Origin: a virus
Taxonomy: Duplodnaviria; Caudoviricetes
Strand: one strand, 5' to 3'
Length of the DNA: 56,393 nucleotides
IMG/VR virus record: IMGVR_UViG_3300037755_000322
Location: 1-56,393 of that record
Part shown: piece by piece, positions 28,190 through 36,877 of the stretch
Layout of the letters: the number at the start of each line of letters is the position of its first letter
How positions within the stretch are numbered: position 1 is the stretch's first letter
Notes under the pieces: model-generated
What the model saw: the letters and a program-made list of their open reading frames with translations, nothing else
Told to the model about the DNA's origin: nothing
Databases searched by the model: none
Program-made: the position numbers and the translations under genes

Positions 28190-28451
28190 TTCCTGGAGCG
28201 ATCGGTCCGCGTCGGCGCCCGGCGCCGCGCGTCTCGTTCCAATGGTTGACCGCCTGGCTTGGACTGTCGAACTTTCGTCCCGCAAAATTGTAACGGACAC
28301 GCGTCCTTTTGCCGGCTTCGATCTCGTGGATGATGGCGACGTCATCGTGCCCCTCGGCCTTGAATACCTTGATATGGACCGCAGTAGTGCGGTCCTCGAA
28401 CGCAAGCGCCCAGGTCAGAGCGCGAAACTGGCGGAGAGAAAGCACCGTCAA
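28143..28451 (-). CDS. Hypothetical protein overlapping the polymerase 5' end
   Basis: TTGA coupling to the upstream gene; plausible N-terminal two thirds. Confidence 0.5.
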   Translation of the reverse strand: MTVLSLRQFRALTWALAFEDRTTAVHIKVFKAEGHDDVAIIHEIEAGKRTRVRYNFAGRKFDSPSQAVNHWNETRGAGRRRGPIAPGSVEPAAARKGALPGR

Positions 28452-28732
28452 AACGGAATTTCATCGTCCATGTCGTCGCTATCCCCCAGCACTTCATCGC
28501 GCGTCGCCGGTTCGTCGCCGCCAGCAAGCCCGTCGAGCGGTCCGACATGCTCAACGTACAGGTCTTCGAGCCACTGTAGTTGCTTCGGGCTCACCCGGGC
28601 GTTGACGCCGTACTGAGCGACGCGGTCCAGCTGGTCGCGCACGAACTGCGGCGACCGGCCGGCCATATTCTTGACTTCGGGCTCCAGCGCCGCCAGCAGC
28701 TGTTCGAGGCGCTCAAAGGATTCGGGGGTCAT
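28448..28732 (-). CDS. Hypothetical protein with SSB-like acidic tail (DDMDDEIPF)
   Basis: F..D..R...YG....S.KQ..WL motif plus a C-terminal DDEIPF. Confidence 0.75.
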   Translation of the reverse strand: MTPESFERLEQLLAALEPEVKNMAGRSPQFVRDQLDRVAQYGVNARVSPKQLQWLEDLYVEHVGPLDGLAGGDEPATRDEVLGDSDDMDDEIPF

Positions 28733-29019
28733 TGCCAGGTTCCCGTACAACGTAGATAAGAGTCATCCACAATAGAAATGATGGGGTCTTCCGGATATGT
28801 CGTGATCGTCGTTTCGGATAAAGGCACTGCTGTTGCGGTTAAAGGAATTGAAACGCCCGGCTTGACCTTGACGCAGTTCATTTCGATGACCCCGGCAAAT
28901 GAGCGCGGCGGCGAAACCGCGCGCTCGATCAACTTGGCGATAACCCATCCGCTGCTATACCCTATGACGAGCATAACGACGGTATAAATTGCCCAGGTAA
29001 CGTAAATGGACCGATTCAT
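28729..29019 (-). CDS. Membrane-anchored hypothetical protein
   Basis: N-terminal TM helix; ATGA couplings. Confidence 0.55.
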   Translation of the reverse strand: MNRSIYVTWAIYTVVMLVIGYSSGWVIAKLIERAVSPPRSFAGVIEMNCVKVKPGVSIPLTATAVPLSETTITTYPEDPIISIVDDSYLRCTGTWQ

Positions 29020-29310
29020 TTCTGTTTCCCTGCATAGCTGCTGTTGGTGCCGCCGCCCGCACTGCTGGCACTTTTGCTGTAGCGCGGGCGCTTGCGCTTC
29101 GCCATGTGGGTATAGCCCATCTTGGCCTGCTTGCGGCGGCGCTTGGCGGTGGAGGCGACGCATCCCATTAAATCAGTCCTTCTTGACTTTGTTTAATGGC
29201 CCGCAACGCGGACAAGACCATGTTTTAGTCTTTTTGTTTTTGTTGATTAGAAAAACTGTCGTGCTGCGGTTCATTGGCCGCTCCTATTCGAGTAAACGTC
29301 AAAATTCAAA

Positions 29311-29360
29311 GCTGGCGCGGCCCCGGGGACACGGGGAGTGCGGATCAGGGCCGCGCCAGC
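29311..29360 (-). terminator. Intrinsic terminator-like hairpin after the SSB-like gene
   Basis: 13-bp GCTGGCGCGGCCC stem followed on the minus strand by TTTGAATTTT. Confidence 0.6.
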
Positions 29361-29369
29361 TACCGGCGG

Positions 29370-30407
29370 TCAATAGCGCGGGTTGCCCTGCGCCATGTCC
29401 GCCTGTTCGTCATCGCCGCCGTGCGCGGCGTCGTCTTCGGCCTGCAGGCCCTCGATGTCCTTGATCGACAGACCCTTGGACGAGAACGTCTCGTACATCT
29501 GCCGATAGATATGATACTGGTTTTCGTCCTCGACCAGACCGGCCGACCGCACGTCGATGTTGAAAAAATCGTCGTTCGCCCCTTTTTTCGTATCGATGAA
29601 CGAATGAAACTCCCACACAGTGCCGAACAGTGGCGCGCGCACGGTCTTGAGCTTGGTGTTGAAGCGCCGGCCCATCTTGATCGACGACCGCTGGAAGCTG
29701 AGCACCGTCGGCATCAGGTCGGGCTCGTCGGGAAACGCCAGCAGGAAATTATACATCAGCGTCGCGGCCGGCGGCGAGTTGGCGTCATTCGGGTCCATGG
29801 TGCCCCAGTTGGCGAGGCCCGACTGCGCCACCGTCGGCGCCAGCTTCCAGGTGACGGTGGCGCCGCCGTCCTTCTTGTCCAGCTGAACCGTAAACTCGCC
29901 GTTCGACGGCGACCAGTGCACGCCGTCGTCGGCCCGCGCCAGAATGCCGCCGCCCGAATCGCGCGGCCGCCACAGGATGTAGCGCTGGTCCATGAACACC
30001 GGCACCGCGCGGAACGGACCGTCGAAGATGAATTCGGCGGCCGGATGGAAGAAATAACCGGCGCGCAGGCCTTCGTATTCCTGCAGTTCCGGCGACAGCC
30101 CTTGCATTAGCTTGAGGCGCGGAATTTCGATGTCGTCCTTGCCGATGTTTTCCTTGCCGAGGTCGGCGTCCTGCCGCATGAACGACGGCAGGTTCTGGAC
30201 GGCAGCCGTCGGAGGCGGCGCCTGGTGCCGGACGGCGGGGGTCTGAACACGGGGTTCCGCGTGCATGACGGGGCGACCCTCGTCCTCGGCCGGCGCTTCG
30301 CGACCCTGGTGGGCGGCGGCACGGGCAGCCTTGGAAGGAGCGGGGCGCGCAGCCGGCGGGGCCGGCTTGCGGGCGGGGGCGGCTTTCTTGGCGGCAGCTT
30401 TAGGCAT
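29370..30407 (-). CDS. Putative ssDNA-binding / replication protein
   Basis: G.ENI..DDI.IPRLKLMQGLSPE motif common in phage replication modules; Ala/Lys/Pro-rich N-terminus and acidic C-terminus. Confidence 0.6.
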   Translation of the reverse strand: MPKAAAKKAAPARKPAPPAARPAPSKAARAAAHQGREAPAEDEGRPVMHAEPRVQTPAVRHQAPPPTAAVQNLPSFMRQDADLGKENIGKDDIEIPRLKLMQGLSPELQEYEGLRAGYFFHPAAEFIFDGPFRAVPVFMDQRYILWRPRDSGGGILARADDGVHWSPSNGEFTVQLDKKDGGATVTWKLAPTVAQSGLANWGTMDPNDANSPPAATLMYNFLLAFPDEPDLMPTVLSFQRSSIKMGRRFNTKLKTVRAPLFGTVWEFHSFIDTKKGANDDFFNIDVRSAGLVEDENQYHIYRQMYETFSSKGLSIKDIEGLQAEDDAAHGGDDEQADMAQGNPRY

Positions 30408-30440
30408 CGTTCTGTTCTCCTGGTTGAAGTTCTGGTTCAC

Positions 30441-30632
30441 CTATTTGGTATACGGAACATTGTCCATACCGTTAGCGGCAGCTAAACCTTCTCGAAATTT
30501 TTGCGCCGCTTTTGCCTGAGCTTTTTGCTTCCATTTTTGCTTACGCCCTGGGGTGTAATTTGAACAAGCCAGCCATGCGGCGTACAATTCGGTGCGAGTT
30601 AACCGTATTTGCTGCGCCGATGATTTAGGCAT
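30441..30632 (-). CDS. Small hypothetical protein
   Basis: TAATG coupling to the upstream gene. Confidence 0.5.
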   Translation of the reverse strand: MPKSSAQQIRLTRTELYAAWLACSNYTPGRKQKWKQKAQAKAAQKFREGLAAANGMDNVPYTK

Positions 30633-31219
30633 TATTTTTTCTCCGTCACGGTCACGCTGGTGTTCGGAACCATCGCAACCGTAAACAGGTCCGGTGGCAG
30701 TTCCATGTTGCGCTCCTCCATCAGCGCGCGGGCGGCGGCGGACAGGGTGCCAGCATTGACCGTCTCGCTGATGAGATCACCGAGATCGTGGGCGCGCAGC
30801 CAGTCATAGGCCTGAGTGCGGTGCTCAGCCGGGATCGAGGCCAGCAGCCGCGACGACAACCCGACGCGAAAGCCCTCGGCCAACGGCACATTGGTCACGC
30901 CCTCGGCCTCGAACGTCTGCGGCACTTCGACTTCCTTGTAGCGCTTGAACAGTTCGTCGAGCGGCTTCAATTCGTCGTCGATGCGGCTCTTGAGACGGTG
31001 CAGCGCCACGAACGCGCGGGCCAGCGGGATGGCGCCGCCCTTTTTGGCGCGCTCCATATCCTTGGCGAGTTTAGGAATGCCGGCAGCGGCGTCGCGCACG
31101 GCTGCCACGATGGCCGCAGTTGCCGGCGCGGCGTTTATAATGGTCGCTGGCAACGTGCCATTACCGGTAGCCTTCTTCGGCGCAGAATTAGGCTTGTTGG
31201 GGGCGGGCTTTTTCGTCAT
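30632..31219 (-). CDS. Conserved phage replication-module protein
   Basis: ASI....A..WLR..DLGDLI.ETVN..TL pattern; TAGGAG RBS. Confidence 0.7.
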   Translation of the reverse strand: MTKKPAPNKPNSAPKKATGNGTLPATIINAAPATAAIVAAVRDAAAGIPKLAKDMERAKKGGAIPLARAFVALHRLKSRIDDELKPLDELFKRYKEVEVPQTFEAEGVTNVPLAEGFRVGLSSRLLASIPAEHRTQAYDWLRAHDLGDLISETVNAGTLSAAARALMEERNMELPPDLFTVAMVPNTSVTVTEKK

Positions 31220-31287
31220 CTGCGGTTAGTCTCCTATGTCGCGTCATGAAGTCAAGCATGAGAGGGGGCGCCCGTCAAGGCGAAACG

Positions 31288-31626
31288 TCATACCCAGCAC
31301 GGAATGTAGCCTTCGGCCTTGCGGTCCCAGCGCAGGACGCGGAACATCGCGCCGGGTGATATTTCAAGATCGACTTCGGTCTGCCAGCGCCCGAGCAGAG
31401 CCGCGAACGCCACCAGCTGCATATGGTCACCGACAATCAGCAAATAATCGGTACGCCGATTGAACGTCACGGCCACGCGTTGCAAGGCATCGTAAACTTC
31501 TCGCGGCATCCGTTCGTTTTCGATTTCGTCGCCGTAGACATATCGAAGATTTATGTGTTTAATATCGCCATACTGCAGCGCGGCGGACGTGTCGTCGGCG
31601 GTGAGATTGACGGCCCAGACGGTCAA
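31288..31626 (-). CDS. Conserved hypothetical phage protein
   Basis: DYLLIVGD...LRWDR...Y pattern; ATAGGAG RBS with TTG start. Confidence 0.7.
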   Translation of the reverse strand: MTVWAVNLTADDTSAALQYGDIKHINLRYVYGDEIENERMPREVYDALQRVAVTFNRRTDYLLIVGDHMQLVAFAALLGRWQTEVDLEISPGAMFRVLRWDRKAEGYIPCWV

Positions 31627-31650
31627 GGCGGGCTCCTATTTCTGAATGAC

Positions 31651-31676
31651 GCCCCCGGAGCCGAAACTCCGGGGGC
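31651..31676 (-). terminator. GC-rich hairpin with UUCG loop
   Basis: GCCCCCGGAG/CTCCGGGGGC stem; followed by GTCATTC like the hairpin after the coat gene. Confidence 0.5.
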
Positions 31677-31702
31677 CACGCTTGTTACGCCACACGCAAC
31701 GC

Positions 31703-32155
31703 TTACAAAGTGTAGGACAACCCGAGCCCAATTTCCGCCGGCTTGGGAACGGACCGGCGCCGGACGCGCCACACTGGCTTGTCCTTGGTCTTGCGGCGCG
31801 GGGTCGCACTTTTCGGGTCGTCCTTCGGCAGCGCGATCTTCTGCTTCAGCGACTTCACCGTCAGCTTACCGATCTTGACCGCGGTGCCGTTGCGGATGAG
31901 CCCGCGCAGCACGACGCCGACCGCCATGCGGAACAGGCCGTCGCTGCGCTTGCCTTGCGGCGCGACGTCCAGCTTGTTGGCCGCGACCACCTGCTTGACC
32001 GTGCCGCCGTCTGCCAGATGAATGAGCATCGCCTTGGCGACGGCATCGGCGTTGCCGGTCGAATAGCGCAGCTTGCCGTCGCGGCCGCGCACCGCCATCC
32101 GCTTGTAACCGTAGGAACCGGTGTCGATCTTGGTCTTCGCCTTACGTTTTGCCAC
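31703..32155 (-). CDS. Basic early protein, paralog family member 3
   Basis: DGLFRMAVGVVLRGLIRNG; TAAGGAG RBS. Confidence 0.75.
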   Translation of the reverse strand: MAKRKAKTKIDTGSYGYKRMAVRGRDGKLRYSTGNADAVAKAMLIHLADGGTVKQVVAANKLDVAPQGKRSDGLFRMAVGVVLRGLIRNGTAVKIGKLTVKSLKQKIALPKDDPKSATPRRKTKDKPVWRVRRRSVPKPAEIGLGLSYTL

Positions 32156-32179
32156 TTTGGAACTCCTTACATAAAAGTA

Positions 32180-32221
32180 CCCCTTGACGGCATTAAAGCA
32201 CCGTCAAGGGGCGGGTGTCAA
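32180..32221 (-). promoter_or_regulatory. Sigma70-like promoter with 11-bp inverted repeat (operator-like)
   Basis: TTGACA at 32221-32216; CCCCTTGACGG-N10-CCGTCAAGGGG at 32180-32211. Confidence 0.55.
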
Positions 32222-32230
32222 GAAGAAATT

Positions 32231-32809
32231 TTACCACTTCACCTTGCCGCCCTTGCGCACTTTCGCCCGCAGCCGGTTGGCGACGTTCATCCGGATCAGG
32301 CCGTCATTGCGCGACCCGTCGCGGTTCTTGAGCCGCCGGTAACCCTCGACCCAGACCTCGTTATCCTTGGCAAATGCCACGAACCGGTTGAAGTCTAATA
32401 GGGCGCGGCCGGTGTCTTCGTCGGTGCGCGTCATGAACTCGTGGCGCAACTTTTTGGCTAGATCATCGCCGCAGTTACCCTTGTTGGGGGCGTAGCGCTG
32501 GCGGTATTTTTCCTTGACGATCGACTTGCTGTTGTCTTCCTCGTCGCCTTCGCCGTCCTCCATATCGTCGTCCGGCCGGCGGCGCTTCGGGCGCGTGGCC
32601 TTGACCTTAGACTTGGCCTTGCGGGGCTTCAGCTTGACGGGCTTGATTTCGAGCAGCGCCAGGTCGAGGGCATCCTTGGGGTCCTTGGCCGTAGCAAGAA
32701 TGTCACTGCTCGTTAGTGACAACACTTGAAAATCGCCGTTTTCCCACGGCCCACTGATAGCAAGGTTATGTGCCTTAGCCTTCTTGAGAGTGTTGTGGTG
32801 AATTTTCAT
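32231..32809 (-). CDS. Early protein, paralog family member 2
   Basis: NDGLIRMNVANRLRAKVRKG; ATAGGAG RBS. Confidence 0.8.
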   Translation of the reverse strand: MKIHHNTLKKAKAHNLAISGPWENGDFQVLSLTSSDILATAKDPKDALDLALLEIKPVKLKPRKAKSKVKATRPKRRRPDDDMEDGEGDEEDNSKSIVKEKYRQRYAPNKGNCGDDLAKKLRHEFMTRTDEDTGRALLDFNRFVAFAKDNEVWVEGYRRLKNRDGSRNDGLIRMNVANRLRAKVRKGGKVKW

Positions 32810-32841
32810 CGGTTGCTCCTATTTCGGGGTTTAAATTCCAG

Positions 32842-32875
32842 CGTCACTTAAACACACGGCGTGAAACTTGTCAAG
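32842..32875 (-). promoter_or_regulatory. Sigma70-like early promoter
   Basis: CTTGACA-N17-TTAAGTGACG, then CGAAATAGGAG. Confidence 0.6.
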
Positions 32876-33045
32876 TTATTTTGTCCAGTCCTCGATCTTG
32901 CCGGTCCGGACTTCACCGTCGGACTGCCACACCACCGTCTCACCGCGGCTCGACAGCACGACCTTGCGCGCTGGCAGGCCGGAAGCGGCAATCGCCCGCC
33001 GCAGCCGGTCGCGCCGGTTGAGCACGGCCTCGACGATTGAGACGT

Positions 33046-33345
33046 TCAAGTCCACGATATGGTGTGCCCCTTGCGAACCTTGGCCCGGAGCCGGTTGACC
33101 ACCGACATGTGGACGAGGCCCTGGTTGGGCAGCGCGCCGTACCGGTCGTCCCAGCAGCCGTTGGCCACGGCAAAAGTTCGAAGCTTATCGCGATCGGCGC
33201 CGACGTGGCGCGACACCCTCACGCCGAGATCGCCGACGTAAACGGCAGCGGCCGAACCCGCTGCCGGTGCGCCTTGCGCCATCAGCGCACTATATTGCTC
33301 GACCGTGATTGGTTTACCGAGCATCCATGTTGGCATCGGCATCAC
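33046..33345 (-). CDS. Early protein, paralog family member 1
   Basis: NQGLVHMSVVNRLRAKVRKG. Confidence 0.7.
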   Translation of the reverse strand: MMPMPTWMLGKPITVEQYSALMAQGAPAAGSAAAVYVGDLGVRVSRHVGADRDKLRTFAVANGCWDDRYGALPNQGLVHMSVVNRLRAKVRKGHTISWT

Positions 33346-33463
33346 AGCGCTCCCTGGACGATCGCCGCGACCATGCAGACGCAGGCGAGTACCAGCGCTG
33401 CTTCGACGTAGAGATAGGCAAAGCGATTGGCGGGGTCGTTCATAACGTTCTCCTATTTCGACC

Positions 33464-33498
33464 CGTCAAGTAAAACACGCCCATTCCTGTCTGTCAAG
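33464..33498 (-). promoter_or_regulatory. Sigma70-like early promoter
   Basis: CTTGACA-N17-TTTACTTGACG, then CGAAATAGGAG. Confidence 0.55.
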
Positions 33499-33686
33499 TA
33501 TGACCTTGTCCGGCAGCAATTTACCGCCCGGCGCCTTTTCGCCCTTGATCAGCCACGGGGCGCGCCGCCAGTCGCCGCGCAGATAGGCGCACGACAATGG
33601 CCCGAGCAGCAGCATTTGGCCGGGCTCCAGCGGGTATTCCGCCATGCTGCGCAGGACGGCAAGCTCGCGGTCATCGAGTCTGGACA

Positions 33687-34178
33687 TCAACCTCCCCCTT
33701 GAACGTCCGGGCCAATGAAATGCGGGTCGTAACCGGCCGCGCTGCGTCGCTTGCGGGCGGACACTACGACGCTACCCGGCGCCGAGTTGTGCGTGCCTCG
33801 CACCGCCTCGACGTGGCCGCAATCGCGAAACCGGCAGCCGTCATACAGACCAGCCTCGCGGACGATCGAGCGCATCCGGTACACGAACTTAGGCCCACGG
33901 TTCCAACCGGTCTGAATGTCGCAGGCAGCGCCGATGTAGTGATTGGACCCCGGCACGTGGCCACGGCCGGACCAGCAATTGGTGATGTTACACGGCACCC
34001 GGTAGCCCGCGTCCTTCAACAGCCGGAAGAAGGTACTGAACTTGGGGGCGTAGGCCGGATGGACGTAGATAGTGCAACCCTGGGCAGTAACAACCCTAAT
34101 CATCTGCGACTTCGGCAGAGCGTTTGCCTGTCCACAGACGGCAGACAGGATGAGCAGCGCGGCGAGGTACTTGTACAT
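33687..34178 (-). CDS. Secreted M15-family Zn peptidase (peptidoglycan peptidase-like)
   Basis: Signal peptide (..QANA); R.....SNH..G.A.D and D..H.E motifs; AAGGAG RBS. Confidence 0.7.
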   Translation of the reverse strand: MYKYLAALLILSAVCGQANALPKSQMIRVVTAQGCTIYVHPAYAPKFSTFFRLLKDAGYRVPCNITNCWSGRGHVPGSNHYIGAACDIQTGWNRGPKFVYRMRSIVREAGLYDGCRFRDCGHVEAVRGTHNSAPGSVVVSARKRRSAAGYDPHFIGPDVQGGG

Positions 34179-34207
34179 CGGGGCGTTCTCCTTGTGGTGG
34201 AAAGGAC

Positions 34208-34432
34208 CTATTTCAACTGTTTTTCCATTTCGTCGGCCAGCATCCGCAGTTCCTTGACCCAGGAGCGCAGCGTAGCACGAGGCAGGGCGCCGTGTCCATA
34301 TAGTAGCACGATCGCGCCGGAAATCATATTAACCCGTTTATGCCACAGGTTAACCTTGGCGCGCAGCGCCGTACCGGTGCCCATGACGACGCCGTCTACC
34401 AGGACGGGGGCGCGGCGCGCGGCCTTAGGCAC
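34208..34432 (-). CDS. Hypothetical protein
   Basis: GGAG RBS with GTG start. Confidence 0.5.
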   Translation of the reverse strand: MPKAARRAPVLVDGVVMGTGTALRAKVNLWHKRVNMISGAIVLLYGHGALPRATLRSWVKELRMLADEMEKQLK

Positions 34433-34509
34433 AGGCCAACTCCGTCAAGCCGTAAGGCGCCGTTCCGTGTAAATTACGGCGGTTCATGCTCGGCGTCGCC
34501 CACCGTAAA

Positions 34510-34905
34510 TTATGACGGCGGCAGTTGAATTCCTTGCCGTTGCGGTGATCGGCTATGGTATGAAGCGGCGACGGCGGCGTCGATCATTTGCAAATCTGGC
34601 GCGGTTGCCCGCTTATTCGGCGTGGTGAATGCCATAGTGGCATCAACGCGGGCAACGTATTCGCGGGCGGTTTTCAGCGCGTCCAGCATGTCCGGCGCGG
34701 CTGCGATCAGGCGGGCGTTGGCTGACGCTTCCTCGATAGAGCCGCCCTGGTGTTCGCAAACATCGACATGGGCGCTGAACCGATTAACAAGCTCACGCTT
34801 GCCATCCTTCCAATACCCAAAACCGTTGTCGTGAAGTGTATAGACCGTCAAGCCATGCTCTCCATATTGCAGCCACGGCCCCGGCGTATGCTTTGCTTCG
34901 GTCAT
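34510..34905 (-). CDS. Phage hypothetical protein (HTPGPW...ANARLIAAAP family)
   Basis: Recognisable motif pair. Confidence 0.8.
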   Translation of the reverse strand: MTEAKHTPGPWLQYGEHGLTVYTLHDNGFGYWKDGKRELVNRFSAHVDVCEHQGGSIEEASANARLIAAAPDMLDALKTAREYVARVDATMAFTTPNKRATAPDLQMIDAAVAASYHSRSPQRQGIQLPPS

Positions 34906-34921
34906 GTTCGTTCTACCCCTG

Positions 34922-35362
34922 TTAATGAACGTGCGGCTGAGCCGCCGCTGCGCGGCGCTCGCGCATCTTGCGTTCGTGATCTTCGCGCTCGAATTTGATG
35001 GACCAGTGCTGGCCGGTGTTGTGACGTTTCAGTTTCACAATTCGACGGCCCCACTCGAACACAAAGCCGGGAACGTCTGACGAAACCTGTTCAACCATGC
35101 TGCGCAGATCGTCAAAGAGATTGCCGAAGCCGTAGCAGAAGCACGGCACGCTGATCGTCGCCCACTTAATCAAGTCATCGCAGCGCGGGCAGATGGCCTC
35201 GTTATAGACGGCCCCTTCAAAGCCATACCGGCGGCGGTATGCTTCGCCAATGGACACTTTGCCCCGGCACTCGGCGCAGCGATGTTCCTTGCGCGCCTTC
35301 TTGACCTTTTCTTCGATCAAGAATGACACCGGGTCATAGTCGCAACTGCAATCGTAGCTCAT
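34922..35362 (-). CDS. Zn-binding hypothetical protein
   Basis: KARKEHRCAEC...CPRC. Confidence 0.75.
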   Translation of the reverse strand: MSYDCSCDYDPVSFLIEEKVKKARKEHRCAECRGKVSIGEAYRRRYGFEGAVYNEAICPRCDDLIKWATISVPCFCYGFGNLFDDLRSMVEQVSSDVPGFVFEWGRRIVKLKRHNTGQHWSIKFEREDHERKMRERRAAAAQPHVH

Positions 35363-35403
35363 GTCGTTGTCCAGTGTTCAGATGTGCGTGTAGACTGCGA
35401 ATT

Positions 35404-35850
35404 TCAGATCGCGGACATTGAGTTGCGCAGGATTGAGGCAAGCTGCGGCTCAATCTTAAACCGCTCGATGCCGAGGTCGATTGACCGTTGGAAATTGCCG
35501 TCCTTCGTGCGCTCGCTCGCAGCCTTCCAGTCGCAGAGCATTTCAACCACATCGAGCAGGTTCATCCCGGCCACGCCGTTTTCGTAGTGTTCCGGGTGGT
35601 GGCTGTTCATCGCGTAGTGATGCTTGAGAGCAACGCCGAGCTTTTCGAGGGACGCCTTGTATTCGTCGCTGCCGTAGGTGAGTGACTTGAGCAGCGGCGT
35701 CATTTTATCAAACAGCGGCTTTTCCTCGGGGCCGAGCTTGCTGTCGTCGTGAACCTCGCCGCGATGCATCAGGTCGCGCGCCATGACGCCCAGGAGTTGC
35801 TGAACGCGGCGGATATGGCAAAGGGTGTCGGCGGTGCAATCGTATGTCAT
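35404..35850 (-). CDS. DUF5662-like HD-fold protein
   Basis: T..HI..V, HDDSKL, HHY..N.HHPEHY, EMLCDW.AAS. Confidence 0.8.
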   Translation of the reverse strand: MTYDCTADTLCHIRRVQQLLGVMARDLMHRGEVHDDSKLGPEEKPLFDKMTPLLKSLTYGSDEYKASLEKLGVALKHHYAMNSHHPEHYENGVAGMNLLDVVEMLCDWKAASERTKDGNFQRSIDLGIERFKIEPQLASILRNSMSAI

Positions 35851-35948
35851 ATGTTCGGTTCCTGACGGTGTTCGGATATCTGGCGTTACTGCGAATTACG
35901 CGGCCTCGGTGAGTTCAAGCCAAACGCAGCCGGGTGCTTTCATCTCGA

Positions 35949-36287
35949 TTAGAATTTGCACGACCGCCTCGCTGTATTCGGCGAGCGACTTGTCGCGAGC
36001 CGATTTTTTGGCGTTGGCGTCGGCGGCAACAGGCCGGTGCGTTTCAATATAGCGACGTGCAAGTACAAACTGGTCTGGTTTTTTATGCCGCCGCGCCGCT
36101 CGGTCAAATTGCGGAAGGCATAGAACTTTCGACCATGCTTGTCGAGTTTGGCACTCCAGCGCCATTGAACCGCCCACAAATAATCTTCCTCGTCGAGCAC
36201 CGCGTAGCGGTGCTCCTGATCGTCGAGCCAGATGCGAAATTCGTGCGGCACGGGGCGCCAGGTGTTAGGGTCCCACATATCCGTCAT
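35949..36287 (-). pseudogene. Truncated HNH homing-endonuclease-like gene
   Basis: N-terminus (AVLDEEDY, W.W, YA.R, LYLH..I) resembles phage HNH nucleases, but no DH...N..N core follows. Confidence 0.5.
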
Positions 36288-36877
36288 TTCGACCGTGCCC
36301 CCGTCATTGGTTTTGCCGTCATTAGCGCGCCGGATTGCAAGTGGTGGGCGGCGCAATAGGGGCGCCCTGACGCCATCGGCGGTTCGTCGCAGCCAGCCCA
36401 GCAGCAGCGCGGTGCCAGATTGTGACGTAGCATCACGGACGGCCGCACGCCGACTGCGGGTGGCGTTTCACCCTCGACCTTGGCCTTCAGGCGCATGTAC
36501 TGGGTGGACAAGGTATCGCCGCCGCAGTCACCGCCGCGATGACTGCGGACCTTGACGGTTTCCCGCGCTTCCGATCGTTGCGCCTCGGCCCGCAAACGGT
36601 CACGTTCCCGTCTCACCAAGTCAGCCTTGATGCGCAACGGGTGCGGTATTTCACCCTTTTTTACCCGTTCATTGTAGGCTTTGAAACCGCGGGCGCAATT
36701 ACCAGGGTTCCACTTTATTTTCGGCCGTATCCGGCGCCCGAGGCTGATGACGGCGTTGCGCGTCGTGCCGAAGTGAACGGCTATTTCCTGAGCGGTCATG
36801 CTCTGGCGCTCGGCCATATCGCGAACCTTGACGACGAGATCGGGGTCGGCGGACGACATCTTCCTAGAATCTGTCAT
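36284..36877 (-). CDS. gcrA: GcrA-like transcription regulator
   Basis: TAQEIA..FG.TRNAVI...RR helix-turn-helix and C-terminal C.W...C......PYC..H. Confidence 0.75.
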   Translation of the reverse strand: MTDSRKMSSADPDLVVKVRDMAERQSMTAQEIAVHFGTTRNAVISLGRRIRPKIKWNPGNCARGFKAYNERVKKGEIPHPLRIKADLVRRERDRLRAEAQRSEARETVKVRSHRGGDCGGDTLSTQYMRLKAKVEGETPPAVGVRPSVMLRHNLAPRCCWAGCDEPPMASGRPYCAAHHLQSGALMTAKPMTGARSK

